Shown here in pieces: positions 1 to 9,693 of a DNA stretch of 64,000 nt; within the stretch, counting starts at the first letter, position 1; every line of letters begins with the position of its first letter. The notes under the pieces were generated by a model that saw only the letters and a list, made by a program, of their open reading frames with translations, did not search any database and was not told where the DNA came from. Source of the stretch: a virus. Location: the IMG/VR virus record IMGVR_UViG_3300030419_005344, positions 5,712-69,711 of that record; one strand, 5' to 3'. Both the position numbers and the translations under genes were made by a program.

Positions 1-370
1 AGCCGGTTATGATATCACCATCTGCATAGTCGTTGATAAACTGACTTCTTGTAAGGCCTTTGAATGCGACTTTCTGTAGGCCTTTCTCCACAAACGGATA
101 GATTGTTCCATTGTCTATAACGTTTTGCGTGCCAACTGATGATGATAAACCAATAATTCGGCCAGTAGAAGTAGAGGCTCGGTCAACATTGAGTTCAAAT
201 AAGCTCACATTACCAACAGGAACCCCGTTCACGTTTGTTACATTTGAACCGGGCTCTGTTGACTTGTTTTGGTAGAAAACACTACCTGAATATATGTAAA
301 ACGAGCTGCTGGGGTATGTTCTTAGTTGATTGTAAAATACATCCCCGGGGCCAAACTTATAGAGAGGCAT
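1..370 (-). CDS. Partial (runs off the window edge) putative virion tail/baseplate protein; absent from the supplied ORF track
   Basis: ATG at 370 preceded by GGAGGT SD (377-382). Reads MPLYKFGPGDVFYNQLRTYPSSSFYIYSGSVFYQNK... open to position 1. Directly follows the structural gene 382-1491. Confidence 0.75.
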   Translation of the reverse strand, partial: MPLYKFGPGDVFYNQLRTYPSSSFYIYSGSVFYQNKSTEPGSNVTNVNGVPVGNVSLFELNVDRASTSTGRIIGLSSSVGTQNVIDNGTIYPFVEKGLQKVAFKGLTRSQFINDYADGDIITG

Positions 371-381
371 GCTCGCACCTC

Positions 382-1491
382 CTAGTAGTCAAGCCTCACT
401 CGGAGTGTTAGTTCGTTCGTGGGGTCTTTACGAAGCGGCTCGGACAACTTAGCAACCGCAAGCAACTCGTTATCTGCGGAGTATAGGCCAACAGTGGTAA
501 AGTATGCAACCGGCGTGTCAGAGGGGCGAACCTTGACTCGGATTTCACTACCAGATAGATAAGTTGGGTTTGAGCTATAGTTAAAGTCTGTGTGGCTTGC
601 ACGACAGAAGTAAATCGTTGAGTTAAGCTCGGTTGTGTTGTTGAACGAAATGTTGTAAATGCGCTGGCGTAGGCCGGTGCTCATCACGTCAATTGTAGAC
701 GCGGTTGCAGCAGCAAAACCAACAAGGCCGAGACCGGAGCCAAGCTCCACGCCATTATCAGGGTCGCCATCTAGGTTCTTAAGTACACCGCCACTACTAG
801 TGGTGTTAAAAATAGAACCAGAAACAACGGCAATGCCTGCTTGGTAATAAACCAAACCAACACTTGGTCTTGCGCCGGTTGAAGAATCTTCCCCGTTGAC
901 CAAAGATGTGTTGCCGGTTGAAGTTGTGGCAAACAAGACGCCATACTCACCTGCTGGCGAGTCAACAAAGTATCCATCTGAACCTGAAGCGTCGGTTAGT
1001 TTGACCCTTTTCCTAAATAAGGTCCCGTCGAATGCATGGTTTCCACTAACAGCCAACTCTAGCGAAAAGGATCCTTTCTTAATCTCGTCTTTTGCGAGGA
1101 GACGGCTAAAAGGAATAACATAAACATCATGCATTGTTGCATTCGTCTCAGGGATAACAAACTTTTTGATTGAACCCGTATCGTCATACCCAACAAGATA
1201 CTGTGCCATTTGATTATAAATGTTTAGCTTTTTAGCCTTTTGTGAAGTCACACTAGCGTAAATCTGTGACTGGTCGGAAATGCCAAGCGTGGTATCAAAA
1301 ATTTGATTCGCCGAAGAAGAAAGAAAAGGATAATCGTAAACACTAGTAAACATGCCATGACCATAGGTCTTAATATTGTTTTCTGCGTAAGTGCCAGATA
1401 CAATTGACCCCGTAATCGGAATAGCCTCGTGCAGAAGCGTTCTAGTGTTTGCTAAATCATTGCTCTGAAAGTTCTTAAATGTTGTAGCCAT
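382..1491 (-). CDS. Putative baseplate/tail structural protein (369 aa)
   Basis: C-terminal 'YFTTVGLYSADNELLAVAKLSEPLRKD...LRVRLDY' resembles tail-collar/baseplate-type termini of large myoviruses. Lies in the structural operon. Confidence 0.6.
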   Translation of the reverse strand: MATTFKNFQSNDLANTRTLLHEAIPITGSIVSGTYAENNIKTYGHGMFTSVYDYPFLSSSANQIFDTTLGISDQSQIYASVTSQKAKKLNIYNQMAQYLVGYDDTGSIKKFVIPETNATMHDVYVIPFSRLLAKDEIKKGSFSLELAVSGNHAFDGTLFRKRVKLTDASGSDGYFVDSPAGEYGVLFATTSTGNTSLVNGEDSSTGARPSVGLVYYQAGIAVVSGSIFNTTSSGGVLKNLDGDPDNGVELGSGLGLVGFAAATASTIDVMSTGLRQRIYNISFNNTTELNSTIYFCRASHTDFNYSSNPTYLSGSEIRVKVRPSDTPVAYFTTVGLYSADNELLAVAKLSEPLRKDPTNELTLRVRLDY

Positions 1492-1507
1492 TGTTAATCC
1501 TTATCCT

Positions 1508-2443
1508 TTAGGTAGTTTTCTTGCAGAATTTAACCGGAATATCGATGCGGTAACCTGTATTGACACCAGTAACTCTAATATTTGAAGTAATAACTTTAAA
1601 ATTCTGGCTTGCTGTTTTAGAGGTGGAGATTGTCTTCGTGGTTCCAATCGTATCAAAAAGGTAATCGCTCGTGTTCAACTCAAGTGATGCGCCCACCTTC
1701 ATCACGAGGCGGGTGCCGCGGGGGCCGGCGATTGTCTGGTTGGCAGAGTCGGTTGTGTCCTTAATCATGCCGACATACTCTCTATCTGTACCCCTAGAAA
1801 GATAGTAAGATGCTATGTTGTCATCATCAACAAAAGAAATAGAAGCGCGGGTGGCGTCTTGATTTGACACAATGTAGCCTAGGCGGTTATCCATCTCAAT
1901 CAAATACTGAGTCTCAAGCAGAAGGGGATCGATATTCCTACCGGGAGAGATGGCAGTCGTATCAAGGCCTTGGTCAACACGAATACGGTTACCGTTGGAG
2001 CCCGGACTTTCGCCAAAAAGCACTCCAGCAACAGAATCACCGGAAGCATTAACCTCTAGCTCTGTCTGCGTGTCGGAATCTACAGCAACCAAGAACGCGT
2101 TTTCTGTAGAGTGTTTCGCGGTGGCGGTTGTATCAAAAACTTCATTTAGCTTTAGTACAGGAAGGTAAAGCAAGTTATTTCTTGGGATAGAAACAAGCTT
2201 GGACTTCATTGATGCTGCATTATCCGTAAACGCTTCAAGAACAGGACTCTGTAGAATCTCCAAGTCGTAGTATGCGGAGCCGCTGGCGTTGTTCTTATCG
2301 TATAGTTCGTAATTAATTTCATCGTCTCCAAGTGCGAACTTTACAATCTTGAAGCTGCCGTCGCCGCGAGCAAGTCTCATGCGGCCGGTGTCTGTTAGTA
2401 CGGCGTCAAGAATAATGTCGCCAGAGTTGTCTAAAAATCCCAT
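1508..2443 (-). CDS. Putative virion structural protein (311 aa)
   Basis: N-terminus 'DAVLTDTGRMRLARGDGSFKIVKFALGDDEINY' resembles the tail-collar-like LTxxGR family. GGGAGAG SD and an ACTATTTA motif lie upstream. Confidence 0.6.
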   Translation of the reverse strand: MGFLDNSGDIILDAVLTDTGRMRLARGDGSFKIVKFALGDDEINYELYDKNNASGSAYYDLEILQSPVLEAFTDNAASMKSKLVSIPRNNLLYLPVLKLNEVFDTTATAKHSTENAFLVAVDSDTQTELEVNASGDSVAGVLFGESPGSNGNRIRVDQGLDTTAISPGRNIDPLLLETQYLIEMDNRLGYIVSNQDATRASISFVDDDNIASYYLSRGTDREYVGMIKDTTDSANQTIAGPRGTRLVMKVGASLELNTSDYLFDTIGTTKTISTSKTASQNFKVITSNIRVTGVNTGYRIDIPVKFCKKTT

Positions 2444-2470
2444 TCGATTTCTCTCCCAAAGATATCATAA

Positions 2471-2478
2471 TAAATAGT
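2471..2478 (-). promoter_or_regulatory. Candidate phage late promoter motif ACTATTTA
   Basis: Intergenic, 27 nt upstream of the ATG at 2443. The same 8-mer recurs upstream of four other starts. Confidence 0.6.
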
Positions 2479-2495
2479 GTAGTAAAAAGGTTTTG

Positions 2496-4859
2496 TCACG
2501 ATTCTATTTCGCCCTGTAGCCTCTTAGTCTTGAAGTTAACATTTAAATCTACCTTTTTACCAGTTGATTTTGATGTAAACCTTATTTTAAACTTCTTGCC
2601 GAATAAGGGCTCTGCTTGGTTGCCCAAGACTATGTTTTTGTTGCCTGCTGCGGGTTGAACGACCCCTCCATCCACCAAACCAGAAGCTTCTTCGTTTAGG
2701 AAAACTTGAGCAATTCTAGGTATAATTTGAATTATTTTTCTAGCAGACTTAGTTGTTGTCTTAGGATTCGGAGATGTTAAGTCATAATGACGAATTATAG
2801 GGTAACCTGCGCCTCCATCATTATATAGTTCTATCTCGTAAATAGCGCTTGGATTTGATATGCCGCCATGCACATCAATTGTTCTAAACATGTAATAATA
2901 TTTTATATTTGGAGACTGAGCTATTTCTGCTGTTGCCGAGCTACCTTGAAGACCGCGAGAAGGGCTGGTGGTGACCGTAATGTATAATTTTGTTGCGAAG
3001 TCCTCAATTGTGACAGGAGGCTTATCCATTCTATAAATCTGAAACGATGCGGCTGAGTCGTCGGATTTAAAGGTTATAAGTCCGTCGTTTCTGTTCTGAT
3101 TTACAGCAACTTGATCATAAGCGGCCTGTTCTTCGTCGCTTAAGGCTATAGGTATCACGTCCTCGTTGCCAGTTGATGTCGTGAAAAACATTTTTAGTTT
3201 GTTTCTGTCACTCACAATTGGAAAGAACCTAATCTCTGGCTGAAGGGGCGGATTGTCAAGAATTCGGCCCGTTGAGGCAAAGAGGGGGAACTCAACAAGT
3301 TTTATAGTTGGAACCATATGCACGTCGATAGTGGCGGTTCGGTGGCCACCAAAAGTAACCGTACCACCTTCTGAAACGGCGGCATCGGGCTCTTGTGTTC
3401 GTATATTGGTATATATATATCGCTCGCCAACTATCATCTGGTATGCCGTGACGATATAAGAATACTCTTGATCAAACTTTACTTGGGTATCAACAAATTT
3501 AAACTCTTTGTCCTCATTTAGAAATTCCTCAACCTCGGCCGAGTTCATAAAGTGATAAGTTTGTATTGGTGCCTGTACGGGATTTTGAATGGGTCCTTCT
3601 AATTTCTGTATTTTATACATGACTGTTTCAGAGTAGCTTTCTTTGCCATTAAAAATACCTCTGATTCTTTTTCTCTTGTCTTCGGCTATTGATTCCAGAC
3701 CCTGCTTAAAGGTATCAAGAAAAACACCAAACATCAGAGTGTTGGCAGTACCAACTGCTATAGACCCGTTAAACGTGCCGGCCTCAAGATAAGATCCGGC
3801 CTCTGCTCCTATAAAATAAAAGTTTGATGGAGTCGGGTATCCAGTAAGGTCAAACGCATACGCCGGTGCGTCTTCATCAGTCCATTCTAGAAGGTCCACC
3901 ACCTTAACAGGAATAGAAGAGTTTTGTATTAACTCCTCTCCAGCAGGTTCGACAACTGACGTGGTAAATCTTATATTTTGTGTCCTTACAGATGGGGCGA
4001 CCTCAACATCGTCTGTATCGGTGACACCCTCAACATCTCTAGTTAAGGCAATTCCCATTGAGGTATCTTTACAGAGCTTGACAAACTCTATATTCTTATC
4101 TAGTGGAATATTAATATCCACATACATTGGAAAAAGATATTTGCTACCCTCATAGTCTGCTAATAAGGGCATATTTTCTATCGGCACTATTTGATTCTGA
4201 AATTTGCGTCTTTCACTTAATCTGCCCCTATTGAACCTTAGAGCTTTACTTAGTGTGGCGGATTTTCCTCCCCTAACGACTGGCAAGATATCAACATCTA
4301 ATATTTCATCGCCCGCAACATCGGTACCTATCACGGAAGAAGCATCAAACATAGAATACAGATTTTGTATTACTTCATGATTCCTAACAGGTGCCAACAA
4401 TTCCTCGTAATTTGAATCATAGTAGTTGTATACGTATTTTACACCAGCCGGCGCCGATGGTGAGTCACCCTCCATGTTTAACACTTCCTCTACTATAAGG
4501 GGGCTTTCAAAGGATGCCACAAAATACTCATGTTCGCCCGTTGGCACAATGGTGCGAACCTTTTCTTCCCAAGATTCTCGTGTGGTGTTGTTCGGATCCT
4601 CTCTCTCAGATATAGTAATTGTTTGCTTTCTGCTAAGTTCCAAGCCGTAGCCAACCCTTATTGGATAAAGCGAGTTCACCGGAGTCGTTATTGATCCCAG
4701 CGCGATGTCAGAGTCCTCAGATGTATCAGCAAACTGTGTTCCTTCGGTGGTGGTGGCCCAAGAGCCAAATTGCATCCTTAGGGTATCTGCCGCGGTGGGA
4801 GTGGGCGAAAAGTCCTGAACAACGGAGGGCAGGATTATAGTTGTTTTTTTGGTAGACAT
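2496..4859 (-). CDS. Hypothetical acidic protein, probably virion-associated (787 aa)
   Basis: Long ORF coupled to its upstream neighbour. The C-terminal 'SPNIKYYYMFRTIDVHGGISNPS' is FN3/Ig-like in character. Confidence 0.55.
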   Translation of the reverse strand: MSTKKTTIILPSVVQDFSPTPTAADTLRMQFGSWATTTEGTQFADTSEDSDIALGSITTPVNSLYPIRVGYGLELSRKQTITISEREDPNNTTRESWEEKVRTIVPTGEHEYFVASFESPLIVEEVLNMEGDSPSAPAGVKYVYNYYDSNYEELLAPVRNHEVIQNLYSMFDASSVIGTDVAGDEILDVDILPVVRGGKSATLSKALRFNRGRLSERRKFQNQIVPIENMPLLADYEGSKYLFPMYVDINIPLDKNIEFVKLCKDTSMGIALTRDVEGVTDTDDVEVAPSVRTQNIRFTTSVVEPAGEELIQNSSIPVKVVDLLEWTDEDAPAYAFDLTGYPTPSNFYFIGAEAGSYLEAGTFNGSIAVGTANTLMFGVFLDTFKQGLESIAEDKRKRIRGIFNGKESYSETVMYKIQKLEGPIQNPVQAPIQTYHFMNSAEVEEFLNEDKEFKFVDTQVKFDQEYSYIVTAYQMIVGERYIYTNIRTQEPDAAVSEGGTVTFGGHRTATIDVHMVPTIKLVEFPLFASTGRILDNPPLQPEIRFFPIVSDRNKLKMFFTTSTGNEDVIPIALSDEEQAAYDQVAVNQNRNDGLITFKSDDSAASFQIYRMDKPPVTIEDFATKLYITVTTSPSRGLQGSSATAEIAQSPNIKYYYMFRTIDVHGGISNPSAIYEIELYNDGGAGYPIIRHYDLTSPNPKTTTKSARKIIQIIPRIAQVFLNEEASGLVDGGVVQPAAGNKNIVLGNQAEPLFGKKFKIRFTSKSTGKKVDLNVNFKTKRLQGEIES

Positions 4860-7800
4860 TAGTAGCCGCCCCTAGTTCCGCCACCGCCACCAGATGAGCC
4901 GCGAGGGCGGCGCATACTACGTGTGCCACGAGTCATCGCACGGCCGTTGCGAGGTGTGGGACGACGGCCGGCCGCTTGGCGAGTGACTTGCGATGTTCCA
5001 CCCTCTTCTCTAGAACGTCTCCCGGACGCAAAAGATGTACCAACTCTAGAGATTGTTTTAGGCTGCTGCATATAAACTGTGTTCGTAAACTCGGGCATTA
5101 TATCTCCAAGCAGCGTGCTCCTTCTTATAAGTAGTCTTAACATCTGGCGTCCTGTTGAATTTAAGTTGGTGTATTCTACTAGTCGATTTGCCACTGAGCG
5201 TTCCTCTTCGGTGGTCGGCCCAAGAGTGTCGTCAGTTTCCTGAACAATCTCCGGCTCGTCTCCTGTGTCCGGGTTGTCTCCTACTAGCTCTCGCTCAGTG
5301 TCTCTGGCTATCAGGAGAAAATTTAAGTTATACTCGGGCAATTTTAACTTTCTACTCTTCTTAAACATCTCAAACCTATATGGCCTCATTCGGCATATAA
5401 ATGTTTTCCCAGATGATACAATCCCATCGTACCTCTGCTTTGTCAAGCGTTTATAAATCGGGTTTAGTATTTCTGTGTTTCCAAAACGGTTTTGTTCAAA
5501 TCCCACCAGCACTTCTATTACGTTCATATGTGAATAATTAAAGTATTTCAAACCCGTATAAGATGGAGATTTTACAAGATCAGCGCCTTCAGACTCTACA
5601 ATATCAAACCAATTTTTATTAGTTTTTCTGTCTGCGCCCAGTAAAATTGATTTAATTTGGTTTGGAATGCGTGACATGAACTGTTGTTTTTTAGCCTCTG
5701 CGTTTTCGGTTTTATTAAAATTTTCTAAACGCTTATCGATAATGTTTCTTTCGTTTGTAGGGTCTAGAAAAGACACGCCTAATTCTTTTCTGTTGTCTAT
5801 TGACAAATTATCTCCCTCGGCGCCCAGAGAAGCGTTGATAAAAATGTTCGATACAGAAGAGTAGTCATCCTTTTGTTCTGATGTATCCTCAACAGTCTCA
5901 TCTATTTCGAGATCCAATAATTCTAGTTTTTCCGTAGCAAAATTAGAGTTCTCACCAAGTATGGTTTTTGGATCAATCCCAAACACATCCTCATCATCTT
6001 GATTATTTTCTGAACCGAGAAAAATGTTTTCTTGTTTTACTGCCAGCGCGTGTGTCGCAGGAGATACTATTGATACGCCCAGCGTAGACGAAAACACGCT
6101 GTTAGCAACATTAATTTGTAAGTCTTCGGTATCTATTTTTGCCACTGTCGGCTTATACGTTGCATCAAAAGCTACCGGGGGCACCACTGAAACAAACTCT
6201 GGTTCGTTAATTTCGGGGGCAACTTTAGCGCTAAGATCTTTTAGGTTGTCCCTAACCGTAGTCGAGGCTGCGAGACTAGAGATCATGGTGTTGTACTGTT
6301 TGGTATTCCAAAGCTTCCTTCCCTTTCTAAGCATCCTTAGTCTCTGGTTCCCGAACATTATTTGAGCGGGCGTCAAGTAAGAATAGTATGCATCCTGAAG
6401 GTTGATGTACTTTGTGAAATCTCTAGCAGCTAGAGATTCTGTTTTATCGCCCTTGCGACGTGAGCGCTCTTCTTCTTCAAGCGGGTTTTGATTAAAATAC
6501 TTTTGATTTTCCAAGAAAAGTCGATTTGATAATTGCGTGGTGGATAGCACTCTAAGGCCCACATTATTTCTTCTTCTTACATTTAAGAAATCATAACCAA
6601 CAGAGTTTTGCATGTTGCTGTCGTGAATCTTTTTAAACTTTTTGTTAACTTCTATCAGAGTTCTCGGAGCCTTTCCTTTAAAAGCTGATGTTCTAGCGTT
6701 AAAGTCTACCTCATCTACCATTACTTCATTCGTCCCTGAACTAACGACCGTAGAAGATATTTTGCCTTCAAAGTCCTCCATTATCTGCAAAACAGTTTCT
6801 ATGCCCATAACCGTTCCTGATGTTGGGGACACTAGACTTTCCATCAACAAAACAGCTCTAACCAAGTCTTCTTCTTCAACATTGGTCATAGAGCGAACTG
6901 AATCTGCATATGTAGCTACAGCGTTAAGCCAAGGAGCAGAAGCTATGCTTGACTGAACCGCCTGTCTTCTCTCGCGCCTATTGCCTGTTAATTGCTCATT
7001 GGTGGGCACCGGAAACCGTCTCTCCATTCTTTCCACAAACCTGCGAGAAAACTGGCCGGTGCTTTGATCGAAATTGCCATGCTTTCTTGCCATCTGATGA
7101 TACCTTTTAAACTGATCTATTGCTCTAAGCAGTCTTTTTCTCTGCCTTTGCGCGAAAGCTATGGTGCCATCTTGAAGGCTTATCGAGACGCTGTAACAAT
7201 ATTTACCATCGGTTTTGCGAGCCATCTCAAAGTCTGAAACAGTAAAGGTTCGAAGGCCTTCACCTACATTGTCATCTAACTCAATTTCCCTGATGCCGCC
7301 TATTGTAACTTCTTCCGAATCTTCTAGAGCAGGATTGATTGCTCTGGTTAAACGTCGAGGAGCGATACGAGGACCCCTACGCTGGCGGGACTGTGCGACT
7401 GTTTCGTTGCGGTCTTCGTAGTCAACTAGTATGTTTTCGTTCCTACTAAGTCCTCTGCGTACTCTGTTTCTTGTGACTGTTATGTCTGAGATTCTTGTGT
7501 TGTTCATCATGAATCGCTTTGCTCGGGGGTCGGCGTTTACAAAACATGAGCCAAACTGTGTTTTTTCTGCAATAATTTTAAAGAAATCTACGTGGAATAA
7601 GAATCTTACTTCGTTCACCTCATTAAAGGCGTATTCAGGTTCGGAAACATAAACATCTTTTTTGATTATTCTGTTACCTTGAGCACTCTTGTTTTGTAGT
7701 TTTTTTCTACGGCGCTTGGTGTAAGGCTTGAGTAACAACTCTGCCTCCTTAACACTTTCAAGACTACGGTAGTCTTTCACGACTAAGTTTGGCACTTCCT

Positions 7801-8614
7801 GCTGGGTTAAGATAGGATGAGGCAATTCTGAATGAAACGCGCCAGCCATAAGGCCTGTGCCCTCATGAAAGTGTACAGGACCAGCCCACACCTTGTCGTC
7901 TGGCAACAATGCCACCGAGGCTCTGACAGGGACGCTCCCGGCTTTAATAATGTTTTGGCTATCTACAATGCCTTGCAGAACTTCACGGCGCCCTCTAATT
8001 TGAGGAGTCTTTTCAAGCCTATACTCATGCAGATTTATAAATGTAGATGCAAACAACGATAAGTTACGTGGATTGTAGTTAGGTATTTCAAAAACTACTT
8101 CATAAGTTACGCAATACACGTTTCGATTGTCAATCATATCTTGCTTTTGTGTTGCAATCGATTCACCATCTTTACGAACGCTAAGAACTTTTTGCATAAT
8201 TTTGTTGTTTCTTTTAAGCGTCTTTAATACTTTAGGTGTAAAACCGCCGTCTTGCAACCTTTCTATTGCTCTAGAGCCTCGGGCTAACACAACGTTAATC
8301 TTCAAGCTGTCCAACATGCTTGGGTTATTGAACCAAGTTGGATTGCCATCTTGGCGTACAATGTCCCTGATGGTTATTTCTGCTTTTACTTGTAAGCCTT
8401 TCGGTTGCCCTGCGGCGTCGTCAAAACGTTGCCTACCGCGACGAGGGCGACGTTTGCCGTACTCGTTGGTCTCCAAGACATCGTTGCTTTCCTCATCATA
8501 AGATACGCCGTTCCGAGCGCCAGCAATGTTCGTAGGCAACAACTCGACAGAGCTTATGTAAGCCTTCGGCAATGCTGCCCTAAAAACGCCTGCAAAATCA
8601 ACTTTGTTACTCAT
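4859..8614 (-). CDS. Hypothetical large protein (1251 aa) with Arg-rich patches and an RG/G-rich C-terminal tail
   Basis: Long ORF in the structural module, preceded by ACTATTTA. No family recognised. Confidence 0.55.
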   Translation of the reverse strand: MSNKVDFAGVFRAALPKAYISSVELLPTNIAGARNGVSYDEESNDVLETNEYGKRRPRRGRQRFDDAAGQPKGLQVKAEITIRDIVRQDGNPTWFNNPSMLDSLKINVVLARGSRAIERLQDGGFTPKVLKTLKRNNKIMQKVLSVRKDGESIATQKQDMIDNRNVYCVTYEVVFEIPNYNPRNLSLFASTFINLHEYRLEKTPQIRGRREVLQGIVDSQNIIKAGSVPVRASVALLPDDKVWAGPVHFHEGTGLMAGAFHSELPHPILTQQEVPNLVVKDYRSLESVKEAELLLKPYTKRRRKKLQNKSAQGNRIIKKDVYVSEPEYAFNEVNEVRFLFHVDFFKIIAEKTQFGSCFVNADPRAKRFMMNNTRISDITVTRNRVRRGLSRNENILVDYEDRNETVAQSRQRRGPRIAPRRLTRAINPALEDSEEVTIGGIREIELDDNVGEGLRTFTVSDFEMARKTDGKYCYSVSISLQDGTIAFAQRQRKRLLRAIDQFKRYHQMARKHGNFDQSTGQFSRRFVERMERRFPVPTNEQLTGNRRERRQAVQSSIASAPWLNAVATYADSVRSMTNVEEEDLVRAVLLMESLVSPTSGTVMGIETVLQIMEDFEGKISSTVVSSGTNEVMVDEVDFNARTSAFKGKAPRTLIEVNKKFKKIHDSNMQNSVGYDFLNVRRRNNVGLRVLSTTQLSNRLFLENQKYFNQNPLEEEERSRRKGDKTESLAARDFTKYINLQDAYYSYLTPAQIMFGNQRLRMLRKGRKLWNTKQYNTMISSLAASTTVRDNLKDLSAKVAPEINEPEFVSVVPPVAFDATYKPTVAKIDTEDLQINVANSVFSSTLGVSIVSPATHALAVKQENIFLGSENNQDDEDVFGIDPKTILGENSNFATEKLELLDLEIDETVEDTSEQKDDYSSVSNIFINASLGAEGDNLSIDNRKELGVSFLDPTNERNIIDKRLENFNKTENAEAKKQQFMSRIPNQIKSILLGADRKTNKNWFDIVESEGADLVKSPSYTGLKYFNYSHMNVIEVLVGFEQNRFGNTEILNPIYKRLTKQRYDGIVSSGKTFICRMRPYRFEMFKKSRKLKLPEYNLNFLLIARDTERELVGDNPDTGDEPEIVQETDDTLGPTTEEERSVANRLVEYTNLNSTGRQMLRLLIRRSTLLGDIMPEFTNTVYMQQPKTISRVGTSFASGRRSREEGGTSQVTRQAAGRRPTPRNGRAMTRGTRSMRRPRGSSGGGGGTRGGY

Positions 8615-8631
8615 TCATTTGTTCCTGTAAA

Positions 8632-8639
8632 TAAATAGT
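8632..8639 (-). promoter_or_regulatory. Candidate phage late promoter motif ACTATTTA
   Basis: In the 32-nt intergenic gap, 17 nt upstream of the ATG at 8614. Confidence 0.6.
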
Positions 8640-8646
8640 GCCCGGG

Positions 8647-9693
8647 TTAATAATCAGGACAATCTTCATCCAATGCATCAGAGGCGTATATTGGTTCTAC
8701 TATAACATCGCTGAGGTCCGGACAATTTAGATTAATATCAGTAAACAAACTCTTTCCTTTTCTCGCCAACTTGGAAACAGATTTACATATAATTGTCTCG
8801 CTTATTTCTGAGTCTACATTTATATCGAAGTAATAAGAAACAAAGGTTGGGTCGAGGGCCGGAGTGGCGCCGTTAATGCGACCTGCTTTGACTTCAGCCT
8901 CTTCTTTGTCAAGCAAGATATTGTTTTCTACCATCTCAAGAGGTTTGACGAAATTAAGAGGAACTTTAATCTGCTCTCCGTTTACGTCAAATTCATCGGT
9001 TATTTCATACACTTCAATGTCAAAATTGTGAAAATCAAAAGGAGCGTTGATTTCCTCAGCCACAATAATAATTTGTTCAGGGCCCACCAAGACCTCATTA
9101 CCATCGGAGTATAAAGTGCCGGGTGTCAACGCAGGATCAACCTCAAAGCGTTTTTCGGGCGTATTCGGCGGCGCTACAGTTATTTTGTATTCGACATCCA
9201 TCTCAATCTGTGGTATCTTAAGGAGCTGATGAGACAGAGCACTAGATGCGGCACCTGTTTTGGTGGCGCGAACGCTCCCGGTCGAGTTAAATTCAAGGTC
9301 TTTAATCTCGCCTTCCAAGAACTGCATTCGAATGGCTGGAGTCTTGGTGGAGTCTAGGGCTGATGTGCCTAGCGAGAATGGCATAACGGTCATTTTTTCG
9401 TATGTGCTTAATCTTATTCTATCGGCGATGTCTCCTACACCGTCAAACAAGTATTCATCCCTGCCGCTAAAAATGCCTTGAGATCTTAGCAGCGGCGTCT
9501 CATCTTGAATCCTGCCCTCGGCGTCATTCTTGCTTTCAGTTGAACTAGAATCACCATATTTCGGGTCATAAAGAACGTTATCATCCATAAAAGAATAGAA
9601 TGTTGGCTTAAGCAGCCCTTTTGATAACAAGTGACGACCATAGTTTGTAAGTTTTATATCCAAAACTTCCTCTTTAGGATTAAAGAATTTCAT
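8647..9693 (-). CDS. Putative virion structural protein, N-terminally similar to 1508-2443 (348 aa)
   Basis: 'DIKLTNYGRHLLSKGLLKPTFYSFMDDNVLY' aligns by eye with 'DAVLTDTGRMRLARG..FKIVKFALGDDEINY'. Confidence 0.55.
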   Translation of the reverse strand: MKFFNPKEEVLDIKLTNYGRHLLSKGLLKPTFYSFMDDNVLYDPKYGDSSSTESKNDAEGRIQDETPLLRSQGIFSGRDEYLFDGVGDIADRIRLSTYEKMTVMPFSLGTSALDSTKTPAIRMQFLEGEIKDLEFNSTGSVRATKTGAASSALSHQLLKIPQIEMDVEYKITVAPPNTPEKRFEVDPALTPGTLYSDGNEVLVGPEQIIIVAEEINAPFDFHNFDIEVYEITDEFDVNGEQIKVPLNFVKPLEMVENNILLDKEEAEVKAGRINGATPALDPTFVSYYFDINVDSEISETIICKSVSKLARKGKSLFTDINLNCPDLSDVIVEPIYASDALDEDCPDY

